Assembly: GCA_964016885.1 (NCBI GenBank)
Contig: OZ024741.1
Span: forward strand, 141,608,001-141,672,000
Direction: 5' to 3'
DNA: 64,000 nt
DNA from: Eledone cirrhosa
Taxonomy: Eukaryota
Shown here: positions 29,126 to 40,737 of the stretch, one piece after another
Position numbering within the stretch: position 1 is the first letter of the stretch
Layout of the letters: each line of letters begins with the position of its first letter
Notes under the pieces: model-generated
Seen by the model: only the letters and a program-made list of their open reading frames with translations
Told to the model about the DNA's origin: nothing
The model's database searches: none
Position numbers and translations under genes: made by a program

Positions 29126-32100
29126 TTATTGTTATTCCTTGAATCTCAGTCATTGATGTTGGTTAACTGGAAAGTCCGTTGGATTGAATATCAAGCCACT
29201 ACCTGCAGCCTCAGATATTCAGGACGTATCGGAGGGTTCTTGCCGTTCCAAGCAAGCATGCCTTTTGAAGCGTTCCAAAAAGCGTGAAGGGGCCGATTTT
29301 CTTTAACCATCCCTGGAAACCTTTGGAGATAGTCCCCAGTGCGCCTATGACAATCGGGATCACTTTGACTTCATGGCAGTTCCAAATCCTTTTCACCTCC
29401 CACTTTAGGTCCTGGTATCGGTTAATTTTCTCCCTCTCCTTCTCTTGCACTCTCGTGTCGAACGGGCAGGCCACATCCACAATCAGGCACGATCTTTTTT
29501 CTTTGTCCACAACCACCAGGTCAGGTCTATTGTGTTCCAGTTTTTTGTCCGTCTGTATCCTAAAATCCCACAGCACCTTCACCTGACTGTTCTCCATCAC
29601 CGCCTCTGGCCTATGCTCATACCATTTCTCAGAATGTGGTAGATTGTTTACTTTGCACAGGTGCCAGTGGATCACCCTGCCCATCACATCGTGTCTCCAG
29701 CCCTTATAGTGGGTCTGGGCTAGGTGTTTACACTCGGACACAATGTGAGCCACAGTCTCCTCTCTCTCTCCACAGATCCTGCACAGTGGGCTAGCCTCCT
29801 CCTTGTAGATATGGTGCTTCAACCACTTCGTTTTGAGGGCCTGCTCCTGCGCAGCCATTAGCATTCCTTCTGTAGCCTTTTTGAGGTCTCCTCTTCTCAA
29901 CCAGTTCCATGTATGTGGATCTCTAAATTCAGTTTTCTCAAAGAAGGTACTATGAAGGGATTTTCCCTTAAGGCTGCTCTTCCTCCTTGATGTTATTTCC
30001 TCCTTGGGTATCCCCTGGCCTACTGTCCCCTCCTTCAGTACAGCTCTGAGCATTGGCTCCTTGCTATAGGTCACGTATTTGTATAGGTTGTTTTTCTCCA
30101 TCTGAACACAGTCCTCTATGCTGATAAGACCTCTTCCACCCTCAGATCTCCTTAGGTAGAGTCTATCGACATCACTCCTCTTGTGGAACATGTTGTAGAT
30201 AGTCAATAGCTTCCTAGTCTTCCTATCCATTTCTTTTTGTTCAGCAACATTCCATCTCAGAATTCCCGCACTGTACCTAATAATAGACACAGCTCGGGAA
30301 TTTACTGCGCTTATGGCATTTCTGCTGTTCAGATGTGACTTCAATACGCTCCTTACTCTCCGAATGTATTCAGTTCTTAACAATTCCTTCATTTTTTTGT
30401 TCTTTATGCCATCAGCCTCCAGAACGCCCAAATACTTGTATCCTTCCTCAGAGTCAATTTCCTTTATCATCTCACCTGTTGGTATCTGGATCCCGTTACT
30501 TCTGCTCAACCTACCCCTCCTCATCACAATGACTCCACATTTACCAATACCAAACTGCATACATATATCACTGCTGAAAATACGGACAGTGTCAACAAGC
30601 ACATCCAACTCCTTCTCACTTTTCCCGAAGAGCTTAAGATCGTCCATGAAGAGGAGGTGATTGATGGTAAGCTCTCCCCTTCCCAACTTGTATCCTGCTC
30701 TCACTTTTCGCAGCATAATGGTCAAGGGCATCAGGGCAAGGACAAACAACAGAGGGGACAGGCTATCTCCCTGGAAGATACCTCTCTTGATCTTCACGCT
30801 TCCCAAGGATACTCCAGTTGATGTCAACTCTGTCTCCCAGGACCCCATACTCCTGCCCAGCAACTGTCTGATGTTATCTGCCACCCTGAAGATCTCCAGG
30901 CTTTTGGTGATCCAGGAATGAGGCACCATGTCAAATGCCTTTCTGTAGTCTATCCATCCCATGGCAAGATCAGTGTGTCTCCTCCTGCAATTCCCCATTA
31001 CCATCTTATCAATAAGCAACTGGTCCTTTGTACCACGTGACTTCTTTCGGCATCCTTTCTGTTCGTCCGGCAACAAGTTGTTTGTGTGGAGGTGATGGTA
31101 GATTTCCTCAGACACAATGCTCGTCAACAGTTTCCACATTACGGGCAGACATGTGATAGGTCTATAGTTGGTAACATCATTACCCTTGATTCGGTCTTTC
31201 ATTATCAGAACTGTAGTACCTTTTGTCAACCACTCTGGCACCTCACCCGACACCAAGCAGTCATTGAACATGGTTGTCAGTTTCGGGTGGAGGGATGTTA
31301 TATTTTTAATCCAATACCCCTGCACACCATCTGGGCCTGGTGATTTCCAGTTGGTTAGTTTTTTGGCCTGCCCCTTAAGAATTTCAACTGTGATACTCAA
31401 ATCAGTTTGTTGGTGTGCCTGTTCACTAATCTCCTTTTGTACTGTCTCAATCCACCCTGCCTGGGCATTGTGTCTAACATCCTGCTCCCATATTCCTCTC
31501 CAGAATGTTTTAGCTTGTTCCGCCCCAGGGATCAAGTCGTTGCCTCTTTCTTTCCCCTCAAGCTGTCCAAACAGCATCTTCTGGTTGTTGTCGAACATGC
31601 GGTTCTGTTTATACTGACTGACTCTGTTCTCGTATCGCCTGATTTTTGCACTCTTTGCTAAAATGCGTTGCTTCAATTCCTCTATGATAATATTTAGCTT
31701 TTTACTCCTAGTTTTGTATTTTATTTCCAGTCTATTTTTAGTGCCTATGTTTTTTAGTGTCCCATTCAGTAGTGACTCAAGCTTTCCTATGTCATTTCTC
31801 ATTTCCCCGATTTGCCCACTCAGTCGCTTCTTCCACCACGGCTCTGCTCTTTCTTGTCTGTTGTTTCCTCTCGCTTTTATACCAAGTAGTTTCCTCACCG
31901 TATTTGCTGTTGCTTTGAGGATATTGTTGCACTGGTGAAGACTCCTCGCCTCAAGGTATGGGATGACTTTGTTTACCTTAGCTGTTGTTTCTTTTAACTT
32001 TTTCTTGTCTACAAATCTTAGGTCCATAGGTCTCCCACTATCATTGTTCAACTCATCTACCACTAAATTTAGGATGTCAACCGAATCTTGTCCTAGCCCG

Positions 32101-32830
32101 TCAGCATTCATCTCCTCACTGGCCGTATCTCTGTTCCAGGTATTATTTATCTCAGTATTCAGATCATTGTCTGCTTCGGGTGGTTCCTCCGTTCTCAGGA
32201 CCTCCTCACCTTCATTTCCCGCCGGCTCGCTTGTCTGGCATACTACACCCGCCATCTCCAAGCCATTCTCTCTGCTCAGTTCCTCCAGTTCCAGCTCGCT
32301 TATCCACCCATTAGTTCTTATTACCCGAGCCTGCCCGGCCAATTTTTGTTCATCTAATTTAAATAAACCAATCTCGTTCCAGATGTTATGCATCCGTCTC
32401 CTGTAGCCCCTCTCCTTGGGGTTACTTTTCAGGTAGCATTGCATAACAGTTCTATTCAATTCTTTCGTCCAGTTGGTTCTGGCCCCTTTCCTTCTTCTTC
32501 TTCCTCCAACATCAGCAGTATTTGGTTGACAGTCAGGTTCCTGCTGCTGAGCCAGGGGGCACCTGTTGGGTGAGAGTCTGTCACATGACGTTCTAGTCTC
32601 CATTTCACCGTTATTCGAACTGTTTATGTTCGATATTTAAACACTCTTATCGAGGATTGGCGAATGTATGTTTACATAGCCATCTGTGGATCCGCCATCC
32701 CACTTGGCCCTTGTGTGGCATTATCACCACGCTGTATACGGACACACATAAACAAACAAACACACGGGCAGAAAGGGCCCCAAAAATGAATAAGCATAAG
32801 TTTCATTGTAATGTAGTATTCGAATGTCTG
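29126..32830 (-). mobile_element. R4/Dong-clade non-LTR retrotransposon, apparently full length (5' boundary uncertain, possibly up to the (TAA)n at 33995)
   Basis: Single long ORF, short 3' UTR, (TAA)n immediately downstream. Confidence 0.85.
29211..32603 (-). CDS. RT plus CCHC zinc knuckle plus restriction-like endonuclease, 1130 aa
   Basis: WKSPGPDG, NYRPITCL, QKGC, IDYRKAFD, GIFQGDSLSPLLF, HLLFMDD, YKYLG, GGRGL, CRICG..ETVAHIVSEC, RHD, NRPDL..D..EK..RY. Confidence 0.95.
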   Translation of the reverse strand: METRTSCDRLSPNRCPLAQQQEPDCQPNTADVGGRRRRKGARTNWTKELNRTVMQCYLKSNPKERGYRRRMHNIWNEIGLFKLDEQKLAGQARVIRTNGWISELELEELSRENGLEMAGVVCQTSEPAGNEGEEVLRTEEPPEADNDLNTEINNTWNRDTASEEMNADGLGQDSVDILNLVVDELNNDSGRPMDLRFVDKKKLKETTAKVNKVIPYLEARSLHQCNNILKATANTVRKLLGIKARGNNRQERAEPWWKKRLSGQIGEMRNDIGKLESLLNGTLKNIGTKNRLEIKYKTRSKKLNIIIEELKQRILAKSAKIRRYENRVSQYKQNRMFDNNQKMLFGQLEGKERGNDLIPGAEQAKTFWRGIWEQDVRHNAQAGWIETVQKEISEQAHQQTDLSITVEILKGQAKKLTNWKSPGPDGVQGYWIKNITSLHPKLTTMFNDCLVSGEVPEWLTKGTTVLIMKDRIKGNDVTNYRPITCLPVMWKLLTSIVSEEIYHHLHTNNLLPDEQKGCRKKSRGTKDQLLIDKMVMGNCRRRHTDLAMGWIDYRKAFDMVPHSWITKSLEIFRVADNIRQLLGRSMGSWETELTSTGVSLGSVKIKRGIFQGDSLSPLLFVLALMPLTIMLRKVRAGYKLGRGELTINHLLFMDDLKLFGKSEKELDVLVDTVRIFSSDICMQFGIGKCGVIVMRRGRLSRSNGIQIPTGEMIKEIDSEEGYKYLGVLEADGIKNKKMKELLRTEYIRRVRSVLKSHLNSRNAISAVNSRAVSIIRYSAGILRWNVAEQKEMDRKTRKLLTIYNMFHKRSDVDRLYLRRSEGGRGLISIEDCVQMEKNNLYKYVTYSKEPMLRAVLKEGTVGQGIPKEEITSRRKSSLKGKSLHSTFFEKTEFRDPHTWNWLRRGDLKKATEGMLMAAQEQALKTKWLKHHIYKEEASPLCRICGEREETVAHIVSECKHLAQTHYKGWRHDVMGRVIHWHLCKVNNLPHSEKWYEHRPEAVMENSQVKVLWDFRIQTDKKLEHNRPDLVVVDKEKRSCLIVDVACPFDTRVQEKEREKINRYQDLKWEVKRIWNCHEVKVIPIVIGALGTISKGFQGWLKKIGPFTLFGTLQKACLLGTARTLRYVLNI

Positions 32831-33173
32831 ACTTAGTTTTTGTTTTTTAAGTTTTACTTTTTCCCCCCTCTTCTCTGTCCGTCCGCCTGCTTCTCTCTTC
32901 ATTCTTATTTTCTTTACGTTTTTGGGGTTTCTTTTTTTTGTTTTTGTTTTTCTCTGTTTTTCTCGTTTTTTACTGTTGTTGCTGTGCTGCTTTTGTTGTT
33001 TGTTTTTTCTTTTTTCTTTTGAGTCTATCTATATATTTTGATGCCTTCCTCTTTGTTAGTAGTAGGAATTCTATAATGTGGAAGTGGTAGCCAGCAGAGA
33101 CTGGCGGCGTTGGCAATACTGAGACAGTGGTGGTGGTGATGTCGATACCGAGGCAGTGGTGGCGGTGATGCGA

Positions 33174-33828
33174 CCGTATTACTGTAGTGATGGTGCTGTA
33201 GCGGTGGCAGCAGCAGTGAAGGAGTCAAGGGGTGGTGGCGGCGGTGATGGGATAGTGGTGGCAATGATGGCCGTAGTGAGCGGTGGCGGTGAAGGTGAAA
33301 ATGCTGTTGTGTTTAGTGTACACAGATGATGGGGTGGGTGGTGTATCTAGTTTCTGGTGTTGGTGAGTTTCGCTGTCCTATATAGTGTAGCCAGAGGAGA
33401 GGAGGGGGGGGGGGGGGTTCTTCTTCTTCCATTTATAGCCATTTTATTTTTTTTTTGGATATACAGTGTACAATACAAAGTTGAATATTTGAATATTTGA
33501 GCCGTATTACTGTAGTGATGGTGCTGTAGCGGTGGCAGCAGCAGTGAAGGAGTCAAGGGGTGGTGGCGGCGGTGATGCGATAGTGGTGGTAATGATGGCC
33601 GTAGTGAGCGGTGGCGGTGAAGGTGAAAATGCTGTTGTGTTTACTGTACACAGATGATGGGGTGGGTGGTGTATCTAGTTTCTGGTGTTGGTGAGTTTAG
33701 CTGTCCTATATAGTGTAGCCAGAGGAGAGGAGGGGGGGGGTTCTTCTTCTTCCATTTATAGCCATTTTTTTTTTTTTTTTTGGATATACAGTGTACAATA
33801 CAAAGTTGAATATTTGAATATTTGAGCC
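33174..33828. repeat. ~328-nt direct tandem duplication
   Basis: CCGTATTACTGTAGTGATGG at 33174 and 33502, colinear to TTTGAGCC. Confidence 0.9.
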
Positions 33829-33994
33829 TTATAACAATATATTTTGGGTCCGAATTTTTTTGGGGCTCAAGCCGGGTGCTTTACGTAGCATTTGTACTAA
33901 GAGTTGTTATTTCACAAATGATTTAAATATGTTAAAAATTCAAAACTTACGGGAGCGATTTCATGACCTCCGTCACCTCGTGCGTCTTCTTCCC

Positions 33995-34047
<53 letters not shown>

Positions 34048-35463
34048 TCTAATTTAGACACAAGGCCAGCAATTTTTGGTGAGAAAATTAATTATATTGA
34101 CTCCAGTACCTTACCTATAGTTTATCTTCTATACTGGTTCCAGTGACAAAACATGTCAGGAATTATATCATCCTACATTAACTTTTAACATCCTGTAAGG
34201 GTATAACAGAAAAAATCTAAAAGCGTATTTGATAATTCAAGTATTTATAGTACCTTTACGAGTTCACAGATTGTTGTGAAAATTTGCAGCGTTAGACAAA
34301 ATATTTCAATTTTTAATGTAATGCTGCCATAGCAGTGTTTTTGTACATTTTAAGAATCCCTTGCTAATGTGCTTTACTAATTCAAATGTGTGTAGTATAT
34401 TTAGCAGGAGACAGATCTTTGTGGAAATTTTCAGAATTGAAGTAACAACATTGCATATTAATTTACTATTGTATTGTTTAGTATTTTTCAAGAATGTCTT
34501 TCTAATGAATGTAATCTCATGTGATTCAGGATATTAAATCTTAAAATATATTTAGAATCGACAACCAAAATGAATTTATCTGCCTTCTATTACGTTGTAT
34601 TTTCGCAATGTTTTGCCGTAACTGTTTTGAAGTGTTAAATATTTGAAAGACTGTCTATTTATTTTCACAAGAACGCAGCTAATTAGGACAAATCTAAGAA
34701 ATTAATATCTTACACAATATCAGCTTTCAAATAATTAACGCAAGAAATTCAATATGTGAGTGCGATTGTTTTAGGAAAGCCAGGTGCAATGCAAGTTAGA
34801 AACACAAAAGTGAAAACTAGAGTAAAGTGTACTAACTGTGATAAGTAAATAAGCCGAACCTATTATTTCTTTTTCCACCCCTCTAAAGGGTAAATGTGTC
34901 TGTATATGTGTGTACTTATACGCGTATGTGTGTGTATGTGCTTGTGTGTGTATGTGTGTATATATATGTGTACATAGATATGTTTATGTAGGGATTTATC
35001 TGTATGTATAGATATATGTGTGTCTGTGCCTATATATATATATATATGTGTTTGTGGGGGGGGGGCGTAGATGTGTGTTTGCGGGTGAGTACTAAATATT
35101 TACAATATGGATTCTAATTTTTACACTTATGAATTTTAACACTTATAATTTTTATCACCTACAGTTATAACATCTCTTACAATCAGGACTCTTAATATGG
35201 ATAAGCATTGACATTCCCAGATGAACCCATATCTGGTTACATACAAGCATTCTCCACTAGCAACTACAATACTACCGCAAAAAGAGTGGTAGTAGTTGGC
35301 CTGATTGCACCACTGCCACTAAGGTCAATTAGGTCACCTAGACCAGAACCCCCTATTTTCTAGGTATAAACAGTTATTATAGCTGGTTGTTAAAAAAGAC
35401 CCTAACAGACTGGCCTGTTTCAAGGACAAATGATCTAAGAAATTCAATAGACTTGGTACTGGA

Positions 35464-35545
35464 GTGTTAAGATAGTATCTGACCAATGAGAGGAAAGTAT
35501 ATGAATTAAACGAAGTTAATTTTAACGTGGTGACTTACACTTCTT

Positions 35546-35584
<39 letters not shown>

Positions 35585-35685
35585 ATATATATATATATAT
35601 ATATATAAACAAGAGGTGTAAGTCAACACGTTAAAATTAACTTCCTTTAATTCATATACTTTCCTCTCATTGGTCAGATACTATG

Positions 35686-35689
<4 letters not shown>
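35464..35689. repeat. Inverted repeat (~85-nt arms) around a (TA)n spacer
   Basis: 35464-35550 is the reverse complement of 35606-35689. Confidence 0.85.
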
Positions 35690-35744
<55 letters not shown>

Positions 35745-35752
<8 letters not shown>

Positions 35753-36035
35753 TTCCCCCCTTGTTATCAAGTATGGCCATTGCACGATATACCATTATTA
35801 ATAATTATTAATTCTATCATGCAATGCCTGTGCACTAAGCCAATCCCTCTCTCTTAACGACAGTAGCCATAACGCGAAAAGAAGAAAAGATCAACATCAT
35901 CGGTAACTACTGAGCCGCGAGTTTTATATCGGAGTTGCCTGAGTTGCCTTCTAGAAGAATGGCCTGACAAAGGCTAGGGGTCTTCATTCCCAGTGGTTTA
36001 ACCACGCAATCCGGTATCCAGTCCGATTATTTCTA
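35745..36035 (-). mobile_element. RTE-derived non-autonomous element (partial)
   Basis: Homologous to 36105-36500 in both the UTR-like part and the 3' terminus. Confidence 0.6.
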
Positions 36036-36065
36036 TGTCCCTGCGCATACACACATATGCACACA

Positions 36066-36104
<39 letters not shown>

Positions 36105-36106
<2 letters not shown>

Positions 36107-36715
36107 TGGCTGCCAACTCGTTTTCGAGTACGGCCACTACTTTATATCCATGTAGGAGAACCCCTACCGATGCGCTGAACGCGTGTGACTTTTTAGTCCA
36201 GCCAGCGACTTGAAAACTCTGGTACAAACACTACACTTGTGACAATTACTGACACATAGTGCTGGGCCCATGGTACCATGTGACGACAAGTGCAGAGAGA
36301 TCTCCAGATATAAAGCAATGCCTGTGCCGTGAAGCTTTTATAGTGAGCAAAGGCACTGCACAAAGCCAGTCCCACTCTCTTAACCAAGATGATATTTACC
36401 AAAAAGAAGAACAAGTCAACATCATTGGATACCATCAGGGTTGCAGGTGTTATATCAGAGTTTTCCTTCTCCTAGAATTCTGCCTTGACAAAGGCTAAGG
36501 GGTCATCTCTCCCGGTGATTTTGGATGGCTATTGACTCTTAAGAGCTCCTTTGCCCTTTGACAGGTTTTGTTTTTAGTCCTGCAGGATGTCCAAAGTCAC
36601 CCTCCTCACCAAGAAACCTTGGTGGGGTTGCCAGTTTAGTCGCCAACGACCCGACCATGGGACAGGTTGTACTGGGATACATGTTACCAGTAGCACCAAC
36701 TGGTGACCTGACATA
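36105..36715 (-). mobile_element. Bipartite (internally deleted) RTE-derived element
   Basis: RTE-like 5' UTR motif CTAGGAGAAGGAAAACTCTGAT joined to terminal C2H2 finger HKCSVCTRVFKSLAGLKSHTRSAHR* (36164-36241) and a short 3' UTR. Confidence 0.7.
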
Positions 36716-36768
36716 ATATATATATATATACATACATACATACATACATACATACATACATACATACA

Positions 36769-36799
<31 letters not shown>

Positions 36800-36859
36800 T
36801 AACAACATACATACATACATACATACATACATACATACATACATACATAAATATTAACA

Positions 36860-37933
36860 ACATATGAAACCCGGATAGTAACACTGAAGCAACACCTTCA
36901 ACAGAGGAAAAAGGTTGGCGACCATCTTGCTCAGGTTTATGAGCATGAAAAAAGAAATATCATTAGAATAGCGACTGATCTGGAGGAGAGATATGGAATA
37001 AAGCCTGATATAAATCTCTCACCCAGAGAAATCGGAAGATCCTATTCAATGTTCAAACAAAAAAAAAAAATTGACCAATTTACAGAGAAAGTTGTGCATG
37101 GATACTTGAGGCGTAAAACACAGACCATAGAGGGGATAAACCACTCAAAAAGCCTGGCATGGAGTTCCGACAAGTTTATGACATCACACCTTGAGGGATA
37201 TCTCTATGCAATACAGGAACAAGAACTCCCTACCAAATATCTGCTGCACAAAAGAGGAGGGCCAGCAGCTGACAATAAATGTAGGCTATGTAAAACAAAG
37301 ATCGAGGATGTAAGCCACATTGTTGCCAGCTGCGAAAGAATGTCATCTCGCTACTACCTCCCCATGAGACACGATGGGATAGCTAGAACTATCTGGAACG
37401 CACTTCGGAAAACAAAATTAACAACAAACGAGGAAGAATATATTGAGACAGATGGCACTAAGGAATACTGGTGGAACCTGAAAATAAAAACTGCCACCAA
37501 ATTAAAGCACAACCGACCTGATATTGTAGTTTGGGACCACACATTGAAAACGTGTTCTGTTGTGGAGATCAGCTGCCCACTTGATGTAAACGTTGTCAGA
37601 AAAATACAGGAGAAGGAGGACATCTACGGACCATTGATGAGGAGCTTACAAATCCAGTATCCAAGATACACCTTTAGCTTCATACCCATCATTATTGGTG
37701 CTACGGGTTATATACCAACCCGCTTGGACCAAAGTATGACCGAACTTGGATTTGCGGACAAAAAGCGCAGCTCCCTAATTCATAGTCTACAAATGGCTGC
37801 GATAGCTGGTACCTTCAAAATATGCAAAACATTCTTGCGATTCAAGGGATAACAATTTCTTTTCTTTTACAACCTTGCCACCAGGAAGGTGGCCGGTCAA
37901 AAAAATATACTCGAAATTAAGAGAAAGAGAAAA
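36860..37933 (+). mobile_element. 5'-truncated R4/Dong-like element in (TACA)n
   Basis: ORF 37049-37852; (TACA)n on both flanks. Confidence 0.85.
37049..37852 (+). CDS. Zinc knuckle plus RLE endonuclease fragment of an R4/Dong-like element
   Basis: AIQEQEL, CRLCK..EDVSHIVASC, RHD, HNRPDIVV, EISCP, EKEDIY, PIIIGATG. Confidence 0.85.
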   Translation: MFKQKKKIDQFTEKVVHGYLRRKTQTIEGINHSKSLAWSSDKFMTSHLEGYLYAIQEQELPTKYLLHKRGGPAADNKCRLCKTKIEDVSHIVASCERMSSRYYLPMRHDGIARTIWNALRKTKLTTNEEEYIETDGTKEYWWNLKIKTATKLKHNRPDIVVWDHTLKTCSVVEISCPLDVNVVRKIQEKEDIYGPLMRSLQIQYPRYTFSFIPIIIGATGYIPTRLDQSMTELGFADKKRSSLIHSLQMAAIAGTFKICKTFLRFKG

Positions 37934-37984
37934 CATACATACATACATACATATATACATACATATGTATATACATATTTACAC

Positions 37985-38222
<238 letters not shown>

Positions 38223-38224
38223 AA

Positions 38225-40300
38225 CAAAATATCGTTATAGGTAATCCAATTAGTGGTTGTGAATACTTCTTATTATGGATAATTTTAGCGTACGGCGTTG
38301 CTTGACTCAACAAGAGGTTTACGTATATGACGAGTTTATGATTTCACTTGTATTCCTATGTAAGTTTATCTTGGAGTAATAACATTGAAAAAGTGGAGAG
38401 TAACATGGTCAACAGTACAAAAAAGGAGATTTATTTACAGTCTAACAATTGTTTTACTGATAGAGTTGTCTAAAAATTGCTAAACACTGAAAGTAGTGCC
38501 ACTCAATTTAAAATACATGTTGGCCCATCATATCTTCAGAAACTGTCAAAAAATATAAATATATGCGTAACCGGCAAATTTACAAATTCAAATTACAACA
38601 TCAATAATAATATTAATAATAAAGATATAAAGAGAAAAAAAGGAAGGGAGATAGATATAGTAAAGAGAGAAAGGAAAGGAAGAAGAAAGAAGAAGGAAAA
38701 AGAAAAAGAGATAGAGAAAGAAGAAGAAAGGGGAGATATTAATACAGCTAAAAATAAGATGTATAGAATATGATGGACAAACACAAGTAGAGATAGCGCA
38801 GGATAGAGAGAAGAATGTGGAGAGACAAATAGATAAATATGATAGACAAACACAAGTAGAAATAGGATAAAGAGAAGGTAGAGGGGCAAATAGATGAATA
38901 AACGTTAATACATGAATAAATGCAAGTAAAAATAAAGATGGATATATAGAAATATATGAGGAAATAAATGAAAAAATATATAAAAAATATATAAAATAAT
39001 ATATATAAAAAAATTGATAGATAAATAAATAACTAAATAAATAAATAAATAAATAGATAAAAATATAAATAAATTACATCTAATGTAATATAAAATGGTA
39101 TAATATGTGAAAAGTGAAGATGAAAATAAATAAATAAATATGTAAATGAAGTAAAAAAGTACGAAGAATATTTAAACATGTTATTGAGAATAGTCGTTGA
39201 TTATTGTTAAATATATGGATAGATATTAAGTTGAAAATATGATAATGTTAAATATATTTATGTGTGTATAGGTTATTTTAATAAGTAAATTAACTAGTTT
39301 TAAAATATATTATATGATAAGATAAAATGACAGATATGAAATAAGTTTAGGGAGAGAAATGCAAAGATAGAGAGTGAAAGATAGAGATATATAAAATAAG
39401 AATGTAAATATAAGAGGTTTTGAGGCTGTTCTTTGGTAATTATAATGGTGAAGATGCTGCTGATAATGTGATATCGTAGTAGATCCAAGTGGTACAATCA
39501 GGGTTATGGAATGGATAAGATGGAATTAAGATGGTCTAAAGTTCTCGAATTTCGTTGCTGATTTATGTCGACAAAAAATAATTCGTTCAATTTTACTGTT
39601 AAGAAGAATTTTGTTGAAATTTAGAATTTGGAAAAGTTCCATATTACAGAGACTGCAGTGGGACATACCAATTTGATAGTTTTGTCCAGTTGATTTCATA
39701 TTCTATGTTTGCATTCTTGAGTTGCCAGATTTTATTGGCGAGAGTTGTTGTATTCGAGAGATTCTTGTTAGTCAAAGAATGTCTATGTACGTACCACCAT
39801 TTCACCAGCTCTGGAACCAATGTAATACCATGCCAAGCTACCTGAATTTATAGTACATAGGTATACTATATTTGTCTCTAGGCATCTATTTTGTAAAGGG
39901 CATTTGTCAGGTAGATGGCAGTTACATTTAGATGCTTTTCTATGCGCCGGTTCTACTATATGGTTTTGTAGGTTGCTATGTATGGGCTGTGAATTGGATT
40001 TGTTGATGTATTGTGGTGGTGTACTCTGGCGTGTGTTTGGTTGCGATGATGTCATATGCTTACGTTTTGTATTTGGTGTTATGGAACTTATTTGAATTTG
40101 TAAATTTACTGGTTGCGCATATATTTATATATTTTTACAGTTTCTGAAGATATGATGGGCCAACATGTATTTTAAATTGAGTGCCACTACTTTCAGTTAT
40201 TAGCAATTTTTAGACAACTCTATCAGTGAAACAATTGTTAGGCTGTAAAAAAATCTCCTTTTTTGTACTTTTGACCATGTTATTCTCCACTCTTTCAATT
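38225..40300 (-). mobile_element. Decayed 5'-truncated Neptune-type Penelope element with inverted pLTR
   Basis: Arms ~38384-38593 / ~40090-40299; GIY-YIG remnant CNCHLPDKCPLQNRCLETNIVYLC..YYIGS (39783-40055). Confidence 0.85.
40137..40246 (+). ncRNA. Type I hammerhead with extended stem II (mirror copy 38437-38546 -, GAAA mutated)
   Basis: acagttt-CTGAAGA-tatgatgg...ctatcagt-GAAA-caattg-TT-aggctgt. Confidence 0.7.
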
Positions 40301-40737
40301 TTATATATATATATAAATATTAATTACCACCAGGAATCTATCACTTTGATATTGACGAGATTTCACATCGGAACTGTACCATCCACATACATACACAACG
40401 ACATCCATTCAGGCACTTAGACACACAGAGACACTTGCACCATTTTCGCACACACGCAACTACACATTTCACACGAACCCTCATCATCCTCTCTTAACCA
40501 CATAAAAACACACACACACGACCACCACTGCCCTGATGAAGGGCTTATATCCGAAACCTCGTAACCTCACACCCCACTCTCATCCAAGCGTGAAGCTAAT
40601 AATACCATGTAATATTTATTCCTGCGCTTGTTTGTTTTTTGTTTTCTGTTATTTCGAACTATATATAATGCGAATATATATATATATATTCCACAATGCT
40701 TCAAGTAAACTTCAATACTCCCATATATATATATATA

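Noticed and set aside
29284-32573. Plus-strand ORFs overlapping the R4/Dong ORF
   Set aside because: Antisense shadows of a long coding sequence
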